Source: Lama guanicoe
Lineage: Eukaryota
DNA length: 64,000 nt
Direction of reading: 5' to 3'
Assembly: GCA_013239625.1 (NCBI GenBank)
Contig: MU054220.1
Span: 3,163,374-3,227,373, forward strand
The stretch's first letter is position 1; each line of letters starts with the position of its first letter. The notes below the pieces were generated by a model that was not told where the DNA came from, ran no database searches, and saw nothing but the letters and a program-made list of their open reading frames with translations. Below are positions 37,181 to 50,124 of the stretch, piece by piece. Made by a program: the position numbers and the translations under genes.

Positions 37181-37673
37181 TGTAGTGTAACTGACAATTA
37201 GCTTTTTTTGATTATAATGTAAGTACCTGACATTAAGCTTTCAATGGCGAGATATCCATTTCAAAGACATCCATCTCCAATAAACACATCACCAGCTACC
37301 CAACTAGATACGCAGCCAGGCCACCCAACCCGTGAAGTTCCCCTTTGGAAAAGCCTCGAGTGACCCAGATGATTGACTGCTTGGGGACCCTGCTTTCCCT
37401 TCTCTGCGCTCATTCCTGCTCTTGTTTTCAGTTCACCAGTAGAGAACCTGCAGAACCCTAGGCACCCACCTTCAACCCCAGGTCCTCTCTTTTTCTGTCT
37501 GTATCTGTTCTCTTTCTCCCTGTGACCTTGCTGTGTGGCCCAGGCATGCCTTGTACCTTCCAGGGCCTCTGAGTAATAAACATTGTTTTCTCCCCCAGAG
37601 TTCCGTGCTGGTTGCTGCTGAGCAGCGTCTTACAATCACAATAAGAACCACAAGGGCTGGTCCAGCCTCAACA
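37181..37673 (+). mobile_element. MER74-like ERVL solo LTR
   Basis: TG...CA ends, AATAAA 37575-37580, terminal aataagaaccacaagggctggtccagcctcaaca. Confidence 0.7.
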
Positions 37674-37774
37674 TTGACTCCAGTCAGGGAAGTGTCTGTG
37701 GGGCTTCCCACCAGTAGTCTGGGCCCAGGTGAGTGCCCGCAGGCATCTCTAGCTGAAATTATCACTTATCAATT

Positions 37775-38347
37775 TTAAAAAGTGAAGCTTTCCACGTGAC
37801 CCAGCAATTCCAATCCTAGCTCTCCATTCCAGAGAAATGAAAATGTAGATCACACAAAGATTTGTACATGAATGTTCATAGCAGCATTACTCATTATCAT
37901 AACAGCCAAACATTAAAAATGTAAATGTCCATCAGCTGGTGGATGGATAGACAAAACGTGGCCTGTCCATTCCATGGAATACTATTCAGCCCTAAAAAGA
38001 AACAAACTAGTGATATGTACAAGGATAGCGATGAACCTCAAAACCATTATGCTGTGTGAAAGAAACCAGACACGAGAGACCACACATTGGATGATTCTGT
38101 TTATAAAGAATGTCTAGAAAAAGCAAATCTACAGAGGCAGAAAGTAGGCCTAGGGCAGGCAGGGAGCTGAACAAGGATTAACATAAATTTATGGGCATGG
38201 GGGATCTTTTGTGGGTAATGAAAATGTTCTGAAACTGGTGCTGCTGGTTGCACTACTTGGTAAGTTTACTAAAAATCATCGCATTGTAAACTTGAAGGGG
38301 TAGATTTCAGGGTATGTTAAATATTCCTCCATAAAGTTATGAAAAAT
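37775..38347 (+). mobile_element. Old L1M 3' end
   Basis: tgacccagcaattccaatcctag...gaatgttcatagcagcatta...gaacctcaaaaccattatgctg...aaaatgttctgaaactgg. Confidence 0.9.
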
Positions 38348-40979
38348 CACCTTCTGCCCACAGTGGTGGTAAAACTCCAATGAGACAGCACACATGGGGT
38401 GCCTGGCCCAGTCCTTGGCCCATCCCAGTGGCTTCGTAAATGTCGGTTCTGCATTTTCCCTTTTTAAAAGCTGTCTTTGACTCAGGACAGTTTCAATGGC
38501 TGGGGCAAAACAGCTCGTGATTTCTGGTTTCCATCCAAGGCATGACCTTAACGACACTATTTCAGTGTCTCAGCCTCACCCCACCAGGCTCCGTTGGCCT
38601 CTGGCCCGGTCAGTCCTTCCTCTTTGATGGCCTTGTGCCTGTCTCTTCCGATGGCCTCCTCTACCCCTGACTCTTACTTCCTCTTTCCTTGCCACTGTGA
38701 CATCCTCTGGCCAGAACTTCTCGCCATGGGGTTCTATCTTCTTCTCATTAATTCTGCTCTTCAAGAGCCCTGCGCTCACAGACCTTCACTGGCTCCCTAG
38801 GGCCCGAAGGAGAAAACCCAAGCCATCAGCCTGCAGGCTGTGTGGTTGGTTTTCCTCCTTCTTTCTGTTTTCACTTTCTTCTGCTCCACCTTCGAATGGC
38901 TCTCCCCCTGGCTTGGAACTGGCTCCCCGGGTTCCTCCTCTGCCGCTTTGCCCGGGCCATTCCTCCTGCCTTCCCACTGCCCTGAAGACTACATGTACCC
39001 TCCTCTGAGCACCTGACAGCAGCCACATTCACTTGGGAGGAGGAACGGGGTTTGATTTTAGATCTGCCTCTGCCACCCAGCAGCCAAGACACCTACATGC
39101 CCTGAGCCTTTGTTCCATCATACGCAAAATGGTTGTGATGTTAATACACAACAAATAGACTGGTTAGCGTTTCTTCTCACAAGATTGTGATGTCAGAGAG
39201 CACGGGGATCATGACCTACACACCTCCCTGTCCCCTCTCAGAGTGTAAGCTCCTTCTGGGGACCTAGAACAATGCCTGGCACAGGGCTGTGTTCAGTGAC
39301 TTGTCTATGAATGAATAAGTGGATATTTTGGTTGATTATCTTAAAGTGTCTGGTATATGTTTGATAAGTGCCCCTTCCTCCATCTTGCCTGTCATTCTTC
39401 CAACAAGCATTTTGTGGGTGTCCACCTTGTGCTGGGTGTTGGCTGTGGGGTTCAGGTTGTGGGGGAGGGCCTGTGATGGGGTGTCTCTCTACCTTTCTCT
39501 GCTCCACCCATGCCTTGCCCTAATCTTCTGGCTCTGCTCCCTTCCAGGCCTGCCTCTGGCCCTTGGGACTTGGTCTGCTTGTGTTGGACTCCTGGCTTTC
39601 AAGTGTGTGGACAGATGGATGTGGTCATTCATTCATTCATTCAATTCATATTTCCTGGGGTCCCACTTGGTAACCTTTGCTTACCCTCCCCACCCACCTG
39701 CCCCCATCCCTGTACCACTGCCCCAGAGGCCCAAGAGTATAGGGCATTCAGACAAGGAAATAAAGACCTGACCAAGCCCCTGGCCCCTCGCTCAAGTTCC
39801 TGCTACTGGGGAGACAGCTGGGCCTTGTTATGATCAGAGGTGTTTAAATCCTTTGCACGTAGGGCTCCACTGCAAGAGCCATCTGGGGGTCGGGTCAGGC
39901 CCCCCCAAGACTCCCAGGGGCCTGAAGCAGATGGCTTCTCTCAGAGTGAAATTATCCACCCGCCCAGAGCCCTAGACAGGCCCTCACTGCGACAGTCGTC
40001 TTCTGTCTTCCTTGCCCTGGAGAGGGAGCAGAAGGAAGAGAGAGGGAAGGAGGGTGGTGAGCAAGCCTGCCCACCTGGCGAGGAGGCCCGTGGGCTGGGG
40101 GATGCTCTGGGCACCAAGCCCAAGGATCGTTCTTGTGTTTGGGAAAGGGGCCCAGCTCCAGACTCAGTGCTGTTCTAGTCCTGACTCTGTCACTTCCCAA
40201 AGAGGTTGCTCTTTGGGTCTCTATTTAGCTGTCTGTGAAATGGGTGTCATATGAATCTAGTCCTCCCAGGAGGAAGGGGTGGCTCTGAGAGAGAGGCTTG
40301 GAGTACAGTTGATGGGAAAGATCATCCACTGCTTGAACAAATCCTTCCATCACGGCATTAGCCATGCTGGCTTGTGATGGTGATTTCCATGTCTGTCTGC
40401 CACTAGCCTGGGTGCCGGAGCTGGGTCTGATTCATCTGGTGTCCCTACTGCCCTGCACACAGCATCATACGTGGTTGGTACTCCATAGCTGCTTGCTGAA
40501 ATGAATAAATGATGGAAAAAGTTCACTGCTGAGTATTTATCTTTCTTCCCTTTTAGATTGCTGTCAGGGCTATTCCTTGGCAAAATTAAGATTAATGAAG
40601 TTTGTCTCAGTGTCCTGCCCATTTTACTCTCCATGTCCTTCTCTCTCCTCATTTGGTATCTTCTATCCTCCTCCATCATCAGTCAGCTGTCATGGAGAAA
40701 ATGATCAGTATATCTAATTTATACTAAGGTGAAAATGACTGATAGGACAATCTATCATTTTTACATTTCTGTAAATGGCAATCCCTAATCCAAATGGTTG
40801 AAACTTATTGGCCAACAGCAGGCAGTTCAGTGCATTTTTCCGACCTCATCTGCCGGTGCTCATTTTTTCCCTCCTTCCCTTTTCCCTATCTTGTACATTT
40901 CTGGTTCCACCAGACCTGATAGTTCAGTGCCTCATTGAGACTTCAGAGATGATCCTGGCTACCCAATGCAGGGTAGGAC

Positions 40980-41190
40980 AGATGTTCCTCCAGCTTTTGC
41001 TTGAAACCTCCCAAAACAGGAGGCACAAGTGACAGAGAGCTTACTACCTTTAAAGCAACCATTCCATTGCTCTAATGCAGAAATTTCTCCATTAGTCTAT
41101 TTTGCTCCTGTCTGCCCTCTAGAGAAAAAGTCAAATGGAGTAACCTTGTCTCCTTTCGTATAATAGTCCTTCCCTTCAGTAAAGACCTGT
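40980..41190 (-). mobile_element. L3/CR1 LINE fragment
   Basis: ccagcttttgcttgaaacctcc...agtgacagagagcttactacct...ccattccattg. Confidence 0.55.
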
Positions 41191-41449
41191 GGAATTGCTG
41201 CTTCCTGCTTATGCCCTGATTATACTTTCCTCGCACCTAAACTTTACTCTTTTTCTCTCTCTGTTCCCTGTGCCTTCAGAAATCACTTTCCAGTCTGAGG
41301 TAATACCTTTCTCTTGGTTTATGTGTAGGGCAAATATGCAGGACAGCACTGAGCCCCATGACCTTGTGATTCTTACCCAACCCATGCTCTTCTTACCTAG
41401 AAGGCCTTTGAGGAAGGGGTTTGGAGAGTTCTGTCAGAACTAATAAAAT

Positions 41450-41700
41450 AACAGCTGGCTTATTGAGTACTCATTGTATGCCAAGTGCTATTAGGAGGAG
41501 CTTAAGTATTGCCTAAGACAATCTTCACAGCAATGCCTGAAAATAGGCTCTATCATTATCCCTACTTACAGATGGGAAAATGGAGGCACACGGATGTTTT
41601 GTAATGTCCCTCAAGGTCAAATAACTGAAGTAAATGAGGTAGGATTTGAACCTAGGTTGTCTGATTTCATAGGCCACACTCGGACCACTGAGATCTGCTA
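41450..41700 (-). mobile_element. MIR SINE relic
   Basis: ttattgagtactcattgtatgccaag...ttacagatgggaaaatggaggcac...ggatttgaacctagg. Confidence 0.8.
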
Positions 41701-41729
41701 GATGTTTGACACTGTGACCATGCGAGTCT

Positions 41730-41843
41730 GCACATGCATGCAAACACACACACCACACATGTACCACACCACATACCACACACAACCTGTACATACACAC
41801 ACACCACACAGACATACACACACACTGCACACATCACACACAC
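41730..41843. repeat. Imperfect (CA)n-rich microsatellite
   Basis: acacacacaccacacatgtaccacaccacatacc...cacacaca. Confidence 0.85.
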
Positions 41844-43749
41844 AAGGAGATCCTTTTCCAGCCTACTCTGTGGACCAGGCAGTAGTAGAATCAAGAGACT
41901 CAGCTTCAAAGTATGTTAAGAACCAACTCCCCATGGTCTTGCCCATCAAACTTGGAGCCATACCCTGTGCTTACTTCAGGCTTATCTTTCAGTTCTAGAT
42001 GTTCAAATGTTCTTCCCACCTTTACTGACCTGGTCTCGTCCTTCAAGACTCAGCTCAGATGTCACCTCTTCCAAGAAGCCTTCCCAGAACCCCTTCCTCT
42101 GTGCACTGCTCCAGAGTCGAGCATCCACCCACACAGCACTTACCACATTGTCCCCAGATTAGCTCCTCAAGGGTGGGGAGCCTTGTCTGGTTCCTTTTTA
42201 CTCCTCAAGACCTAGAACAGGGGTTGACACATTATAGGCATTAAATAAATAATTGTTTAATTTAACTGAACCCACCAGCCATGGAATGTGGGAAATCCCA
42301 CCAATCCTCCAAACCTTTGTTTTCCCATCTGTAGATCAGGAATAATAGCTGCCCTACTTTACCTGGAGAGGGTTTGGTAATGTTCCCTTGTGGGATTGGA
42401 TGTGAAGGTCCCTTGTAAATTACAAGCCCATGCATGTGCAGCATGTCGTGGGGTTGACAGTGACTCACCAAGCACAAGTTTTCTTAGCTTTCTGAGCCTC
42501 TGTTTCCTCACCTGTAGCTCTGCCAGCTGCACAAGGGTGTTGAGGATCAAACGGGACATTATGCAATCGTGTGCCCGCAGATGGAAGGATGGGCAGTTTT
42601 CTGTGAACAAAGGATGCGAAGGTAACCTGCTTCAACCTGGACAGAAAAGTTAGCCCCAAGCACAAGTATTTTGCTTTTTCTCTTTTGAGCTGGTAAAGAA
42701 CAAGGAAGAAAACAGAAATTGAGACTGGGAAAGAATTGATCCCTTTGTGGTCCCAGCATCCCCAGAGAAGGCACATACATGACAAAGGCCAGGAAATTCT
42801 GGGGGATCAAGAAGTTCATTCGAGCCAGAGGAATCTCACTGGGGATCTCATGGCCAGACAGGAGGATCCCTGAAGGCTTTTGGTGTTAAAACTGCCTGAA
42901 GTCACAGAACGGAAGTGTCTGGCTGTGTCTGAACTGAAAGCAACACCCCTGCCCTCAAGCCCAGAGAAGCCAGGTGAGCCATTCCCGCTGCTGCCTGACA
43001 TTTCACCTCCTCCCTAGCACAGTGCACCTTCCTCAGAGCTGTTCCTGGTATTTATTGGGTAGAACGGAATTATTTCATTTTATATGTAACAAAAGAAATA
43101 AAGCCCTCATCTAAGTGCTTTATAAATGTCAGCTCATTTCATCCTCATCACAATCCAGTGAACCCTGATTATTACCAACCCCATTTTACAGATGACAAAA
43201 CTGAGGTCTGGGGAGGTTACAGAGCTGGTGGGCTCAATGTGGGAGACCTGTGGAGACCCTGCTTCCCAGGCTAAAATGGGGGGCCCCTAAGAAGGTGACA
43301 GCGGCCCCATCATGTTATGACTCTGGGCCCAGTCACAGCGATGAAGAGGGTGGAGGTCCTTGTGGGAGGCCTGGTTGCCAGGATGGCCTGGTTGCCAGGA
43401 TAACCTGGCACCCCGGCGAGATCAAACAGGCTTGATGCACCAAGAGAGCTGCTTAGTCCTCTGTGGCTTCCCCAAACTCCTTTCACCGTGCTGCCTCCCC
43501 CACCCTTCAGGGCCCCGATACTTTTAGTTTCCTCTGCCAGGATTCATCTTTCTCCCCCATCTGCCCCTCCCCCCGCCCCGGTACCATTTCCAACACACCT
43601 TTCCCACCTCAGCACCTGATCTTCCCGGGAGTGCGTCTCCGCCCCAGACTCCATCCGTGGCTCCACCCGTGCTCAGTTCTGAGTGTCCCGTATGCCTCAC
43701 TTGTAGCTCTGGATTTCACCTGTAATTAAATGATTCATTGTGCAGTTGA

Positions 43750-44650
43750 AATTTTTAAAATCACTTTATTGGCCTCCACATGTTTCAAGTGTAAAACCTG
43801 ATATATATTTTGTCATGTATTTTCAAGTCTTGACATATATTTTCACCTGTTAAACCATCACCGCATCAAGATAAGGAGCATACCTGCCTTCCCTCAAAGG
43901 TTACCCTGTGACCCTCTGTGATTCCTCCTTCCCTCCCACCCCTTGCTCCATCTAGTCAACAACTGATCTGCTTTCTGATTCGTATTTTCTAGAGTTTTCT
44001 GGAATAACTGGACTATCATATAGTATATACACTCTTGGGCTGGCTTCTTTCACTCAGCGTAATGGTTTTGAGATTCATCCCCATTGTTGCGTGGATCAGT
44101 AGTTCCTTTTTATACAGTGCAGTATTTCAACATCTGGAGGTATCGCCGTTTGTCTGTCCATTTACCTATTGATGGCTCCCTGGGTTGATTCCAGGTTTGG
44201 GCTTTTACAAATAAAGTTTCTGGGCATTTCCATAGTGTAGTGATGTTCAGGTTCACTCACAAATAAAAATTCAATTAAAATGTGTGTATGGGTCTTTGTG
44301 TGAACGTATGTTTTCATTTCTCTTGAGTAAATATCTAGGGGTGGGATGGTTGGGTCTTATGCATACTGAACTTTTTAACCTACTGCCAAAGGGTTTGCAG
44401 AAGTGGCTGGACCATTTTTCACTCCTGACGGCAGGGTGTGAGAGTCCAAGTTCAGCCACTTCCTTGCCGGCAGTCAGGATGGGCAGTCTTTGAGTTGCAG
44501 CCATTCGAATAGCTGTATAGTGGTATCTCATTATGGTTTTGATTACATTTCCCTAATGATGACTAATATTGAACATCTTTTGATTTGCCTGTATGCCATC
44601 CCTGTGCCTTTGGTGAAGTGTCTGCTCAAATGTTTTACTCAGTATTATTC
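43750..44650 (-). mobile_element. Old L1M 3' end
   Basis: caacaactgatctgctttctg, tggcttctttcactcagcgtaatggttttgagattcatcc; ORF2 remnant MRYHYTAIRMA. Confidence 0.9.
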
Positions 44651-45941
44651 TTTTAAAATTTGGGTTATTGTAGTTGTGATTTTAAGGTCTTTCCCTATCA
44701 TGAGATGGAAAGGTCTGTTGTGGGGTGGGGGACGACAGTGTCTGTTCTGATTAAGGTTATAAATGAGGCTCCAGAGCCCAGCACTGTGCCAGGTATACAG
44801 TCAGCGCTCAATACATGTTAGATAAATTTTGAATGAATTTAAATAAATTAGGAAATGAATGAATAAATGAAGGGTGTTTCTGTGCATGCCTAGGATGGAC
44901 CAGATATGCCTGGAGCGAGGTCAGGAAAACCAGTGAGATCCTAGGGAGGGGGGCAGATAGAGTTGGCAGTGAAGGGGAGAAGCAGAAGATTTAACAATGA
45001 GGAGCCCACAAAGTCTTGGTCTGTGTCCCTTTGAGGACCCCTCCATACCTGGCTCTGGTCCCTCCAGGGTGGCCAGAAACTGTTACTGTGAGCTAATTCT
45101 GCCTGAAGTGTGAAGGACTTCTGGAACCCCCTGCAGGTCCCAGCTTCCTCCTCTTGATCACCTCCCTCCCCCAGAAACCAACAGCCTTGTCCCAAAGGAG
45201 TGGCTGACTTGGTAATGGAAGTGGTGATTGGCCTGGTAAGAGACTCATGTGGAGATTTTAGGGCCACTTCTGTCACAGCTGTGTGCCCCACCCAGATCAA
45301 ACAGTCCCATACTTTGAATATGAAATGATGTTGCCTTGAGGGCTGAACTGATCCCATAACCATGAGATTGAAGCCACTGCCAGCTTCCTGAAAGACGAGG
45401 CTAGAGTCCACAGAGGAAATCTTCCAAGAAGTCTCAAAATCGAGGCCCATTTCTTGCCTCTTTGCTCCCCTCTCATCAGAGGAGGGCTCACACTCATGAA
45501 AGGTATCACATCTAGAATTTTAGAGTTATTTCCCAATGAGGTTATGCATCAGTCACTGGGCTGACGTGGGTTGGCAGCAAAAGCATTAATTAGAGAAAAA
45601 CAAGCATTTAAAATAGGCAAGTTCTGTAACCCAGCTTTCCCTTCTCCTTCATTTTTAATATCTGCTGAGTTTCAATCGGAGAATGCCTTGAAGGTTCAGG
45701 GTCAACCTCCCTGGGGCTGAAGGCTGGAGAAGGAGGGCTTCATCCCTTCCCGGCTTCCACCAGGGACTCCACTGTCTTCTCTCCAAGCCCCAGCTCTGAA
45801 GAGGACCCAGGAGACTTTAGAAGAACAGATTTGAGCCCCAGCACTTTGCATGGCCTAAGTGATCACCCCAACTTCCAGTTAAGTGCAGGAAGCAATGAAT
45901 CCATTTTGCTATTGAAGAAATTAAGAGGAAGTTGAATAATT

Positions 45942-46215
45942 ATGGTGGTCATTAGTGCGATTCACCAAATATTTCTGGCTCTCCCTTTTCTGAGCACATG
46001 ATAGGATTATACTTCCTGGAGCCCTTGCTGCTGGGTGGGGTCATGTGACTGTTCTGACCAATGAACTGAGAGCTAAAGTGATTGTGTCATTTCCAGCATT
46101 TAGCTGCAGATACAAGGCTTTCCAGAACATTCTTTCCCTCTGCCATTGCAACCAGCAATGTGTGAGATGATGGCTGCTCTATTAGTCTGGGTTCTTAAGT
46201 GAGAATGACATGGGC
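45942..46215 (+). mobile_element. Old MaLR LTR (MLT1I/J-like), partial
   Basis: caccaaatatttctggctctcc...ggtggggtcatgtgactgttctgaccaatgaactgagagc. Confidence 0.75.
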
Positions 46216-46249
46216 AGATACAGATACTGAAAGAAAAAAAAAAGTAACC

Positions 46250-47150
46250 TTATTTGCAGGGCATCTTCTACGTTTCAAGCCAATTACATGAAATATCTCA
46301 TTTAATATACACAAAGCTTCCATGAAGAAGAGGGTGGGGCCATCACTGTTATTGTCATGATTGTCATTTTCCAGCTGAAGAGACTGAAGTTTTGGAGAGG
46401 AAACTAGTCCACCTAGAGTCACTGAACTGAGCCAGAATTTGAACACAGATCTCTGACTGAGAAGCCCATGCTTTTCCCAACAAACCACACTGTCTGAATT
46501 GCCCAGTAATCAGTTTAGTGTTTTGTTTTTTCTACCTGCAAATGCCTAAGTCCCTGCTGTCTGGGGTTCAGGTCCTTGAGCCTGGGGCCAGGGACCGCAG
46601 AGACCCTAAGATGCTGGACCCAGCCAGGCTGCTCATGGATGCTTCCTTCATTCATCCATCCATGGATGCCCTTAGACAGCCAATATTTACTGAACATTTA
46701 CCATCAGGCCTCTTTATCATGGCACAAGCACCCACCCAAGCCTGGACCAGAAATGGAAAGAAGAACCATGAACTAGTGGAGGATAAGGCAAAGGAGCAGG
46801 GAGCCAGATTGTTAAGGTTAACAAAGGCTCTGCCATAGAGGGGGCCGATGTGGAGTGAGGGGCGGGCATGATAGGGCTCAGGGTGGACAACAGCAGTAAT
46901 AATAACAACAGTCACCATCCACATACAGAGCACCAGCTAAATGCCAGATTAAGGGTGTTTCCTATAAAACATCACTTCTGTCTCACAATGGCCCTCTGAC
47001 ATCACCACTACTAGCCCCATGTTACAAACAAGGAAACTGACACCCAGAGAATTGAAGTAACTTGCCAAAGTTTACACAACCAGCAAGTAGTAGGGTCAGG
47101 ATTTGAATTCATATCTGTCTGTTCCAAAGCCCATGATCTTAACACATAAT
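46250..47150 (-). mobile_element. Two MIR relics (about 46250-46490 and 46890-47150)
   Basis: ttttccagctgaagagactgaag; acaaacaaggaaactgacacccagagaattgaagtaacttgccaaag. Confidence 0.7.
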
Positions 47151-47479
47151 ATACCCTGTTTCTCCTTTTGAACTGATGGGTGTCCATTTAATGACTCTGT
47201 AAGTTAGGGAAATGTGCCCTTCCTCTGGGTGGAGACAATGCAGCTTGACAAGTGGAGATGCCCTTGTATGGATTGGAAGAAAGGTGTTACTTGACAAGTG
47301 TAGGGTAGGCTGAAGTATAACCAACACTTCTCCTTGGCTGGCCATCTTGTCAGTGAACCACCTGCATACCTGTCTGTGGTGATCCTGGGGGCAAAGCCTT
47401 GTTAGTGATGCTGAGAATTTAGAGTTTGCCTTGAGGTCAGTGGAGAGTCTGTGGTTGAGGCAAGTGATGTTTGTAGTTG

Positions 47480-47830
47480 GCTTTGGTTTCCTGGCAGATG
47501 GCCTTGGTGCAGTGGGAAGAGATGCAGAGTGACAGGTTGGAATGGTGCAGGTGGAGAGGAAGGTGGCCTAAACCAGAACAGAAGGAGCAGGGGTGGAGGA
47601 GCTAGCAGCAAAAGAGTCAAGAAGATTTTGGAGGTAGAAAGGACAGGACTTGGTGGCTGAGAGGGGACTCAAGTTGATGCACAAGTTTCTGGCGTGGGCC
47701 ACTAGGTAGTAGTTTGGGGGTGGTATTAGTATGGAGAAGGGGTTGCACAGAAGGAGGAAGCCACATCTCAGAGCTGGGGTGGGAGTTGGGATCAGTGTTG
47801 TGTATGTTGATTTAGAAGTGCCTTTCAAGT
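47480..47830 (-). mobile_element. L2 relic
   Basis: gattttggaggtagaaaggacaggacttggtggctgag...tcaagttgatgcacaagtttctggc. Confidence 0.7.
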
Positions 47831-47859
47831 CTTTTAAAATATAACCTTGCAGACTTCTG

Positions 47860-48145
47860 TCTTTCCTTCTCTTGGCAAACAGATATAGTTCCCTCAGTTG
47901 TCCTTTACCTGGGTCAGTTTATGTGTTAGAACATGCTCCATATTGACTGCTTCCCACCTGGAAGCCTACACTCGGAACTGAACACAGGATGGCAAGAATG
48001 GTGTGAACACATTGGCTGGAGGCCATCCCCTTGTTTATTCTGTGGGTTGTGCTGAGTTTGCACTGGCTTGGTTGGCAAATACATGACACTATTGACTCAT
48101 TTTGAGAGCGTGGTTACCAAGGCTTAAAGAGTTTTTCACTTTGCA
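47860..48145 (-). mobile_element. L3/CR1 LINE fragment
   Basis: gaactgaacacagg...ggcaaatacatgacactattgactcattttgagagcgtggt...gtttttcac resembles the antisense CR1 RT region. Confidence 0.55.
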
Positions 48146-48294
48146 TTTCCCTGTCAACATACATCCCCCTCAAACCTCTTCTCTGGTCACCTCTTGGACA
48201 CAACTATGAAATTCTCTTGACTTCACCTCTTACTCCAGCCACTGCTGCAGTGACTGGTTCTATGCAGGCTTTGTGGAACCTTGTGGAACTTTAT

Positions 48295-48682
48295 GCCGGT
48301 GTAATCAGAAAGTACTGTCCTCACGCCTTAGCACATGCCTCTCACTTCTTGTCCTGAGATCTGTGATCCTTTTGGAGATGCCTCTAGGATCCCTCTGATG
48401 CATGAAAAACTCCAAGTGTGGAAGAATTCATGCCTGTGGAACCACCCGGCATCAGTGGGAGTCAGAGACTGATGGATAATGCTTTCCTGGACAATTCTGA
48501 GATGCATTTTTTTAAGGCCCATTGAAGGGTCAACTCAGTAAATCATCCTTGTACTGAATTTCCCTCCCTCCCATTTCATTCTCCTTGTTCTATTTTTTGG
48601 ATCCCTGAGACCACTTCCCAAATAAACTACCTGTATATGCCTTTGTCTTGGGTTCTGCTTTGGAGGAACCCAGGCTAAGATA
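48295..48682 (+). mobile_element. LTR16-like ERVL solo LTR
   Basis: ggacaattctgagatgcattt, cacttcccaAATAAActacctg, terminal tctgctttggaggaacccaggctaagata. Confidence 0.8.
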
Positions 48683-49665
48683 CCTGTCTCTTCTAAACTT
48701 GGACAGCAAGTCTCTGAATGGAAGAGTGAGACTTTACATTTATCCAGAGTCTGTGAAATCTGAGTCCCAAATGGCCTGGTACCTGAACTAAAGCAGAAGG
48801 GTCAGATCAGAGGATCTGAAGGCTGACCTTGCCAGGTAGTTTTATTTCCTAAACTGGGGAGGGGTCACTAAAAGAGTCTCTAGAGAGCCTAACAATTTTT
48901 ACTTGCTTCTGGAAGCCTTTGGAACTTTCCCAACACTTCCTTTTCAGGCTTTATTTGAAAGTTTATATATATATGGGCAACTGGTTTCACTTATTCTCAG
49001 CTCTCTGAGCTTGAAGAAACAACAATCTAGAGATTTTGTTTTTCAGCAGCATTCTAAAAGGGACAGTGGGAGAGAAGCCAGGCAGGAGGCCGGGAGGGAT
49101 GAGGGGAGAGGATGCTACCCACTGAGAAGGAAATAAAGAGAGAGAGCACATCACAGTCTGAGTCTGGGGAGGAGCATGAGCCACCTGTAATGGGAGGGAG
49201 AGGCTGGGTTTCTCTTTATAGCTGGGGGACCATAGCCCAGAAGACAAGGCAAGTTTTGCAAGGAGCAGGCAGGAAGCAGGTCTGGTGGCCAGAGGAAGAG
49301 ACTAGCTGGGTATGAAAACCAGGGGACAAGGGTGGGGGCCTGTGGGGGTGGGGGTATTGGAACATGTAACCCTCTCCCCTGCCTCATGTGCATGACAGGG
49401 GAAGGAGTTGTGTAAAAGTTCAGCTCATCTGATGCAACTCCCAGAGGAAGGTTTTCAGGTCTGACAAATACAGTTGTAGATAAATATGGCAAATCCTTCT
49501 TGATACACGAATGAATGGGAACTGGGAACAGGCAACCATGATGATATAGAAATAGCACTAGCTTGAGTCTCAATGCTGCCTCTTATGAGCACCGGACCCA
49601 TCAGTTAGCCTCTTTGGGTCTTAGTCTTCTCACTTGCAAAGTAGGGATAGTAACGGCCACCTTAT

Positions 49666-50121
49666 TGGTGATGGTCAATTTAATGTGTCAATTTGATTAG
49701 GCCATGGTACCGATATTTAGTCTGTGTTTGGTATCTCTGTAAAGGTATTTTTTAAGATGAGATAGACATTTACATCAGTGGCCTTTGAGTAAAGCAGATT
49801 CCCTTCATAATACAGGTAGGCCTCACCCAATCAATTGAAGGCCTTAAAAGAAAAAGATTGACCTCTCCAAAGGAAGAGAGAATACTGCTTCCACATGCAG
49901 ACTGCCTTTGGACTTGAGCTGCAACATCAACTCTTCCCTGGATCCCGGGGTCTCTAGCCTGCCGTCCTATGCTTCAGCTTTGGGGCTTACCAGCCTCCAC
50001 AGTCATGTGAGCCAATTTCCTAAAATCAATTCTCTGTCTGTCTGTCTGTCTGTCTCTCCCTCCACACACACACACACACACACATTCTATTGGTTCTGTT
50101 TCTCTGAAGAACCCTAATACA
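49666..50121 (+). mobile_element. MLT2-like ERVL solo LTR containing a (TCTG)n/(CA)n microsatellite at about 50033-50083
   Basis: gtgatggtcaattttaatgtgtcaatttgattaggcca start; tattggttctgtttctctgaagaaccctaataca end. Confidence 0.9.
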
Positions 50122-50124
50122 GGA

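Noticed and set aside
48271..48290. Tandem ttgtggaacc/ttgtggaact
   Set aside because: A 10-bp slippage duplication, common and uninformative.
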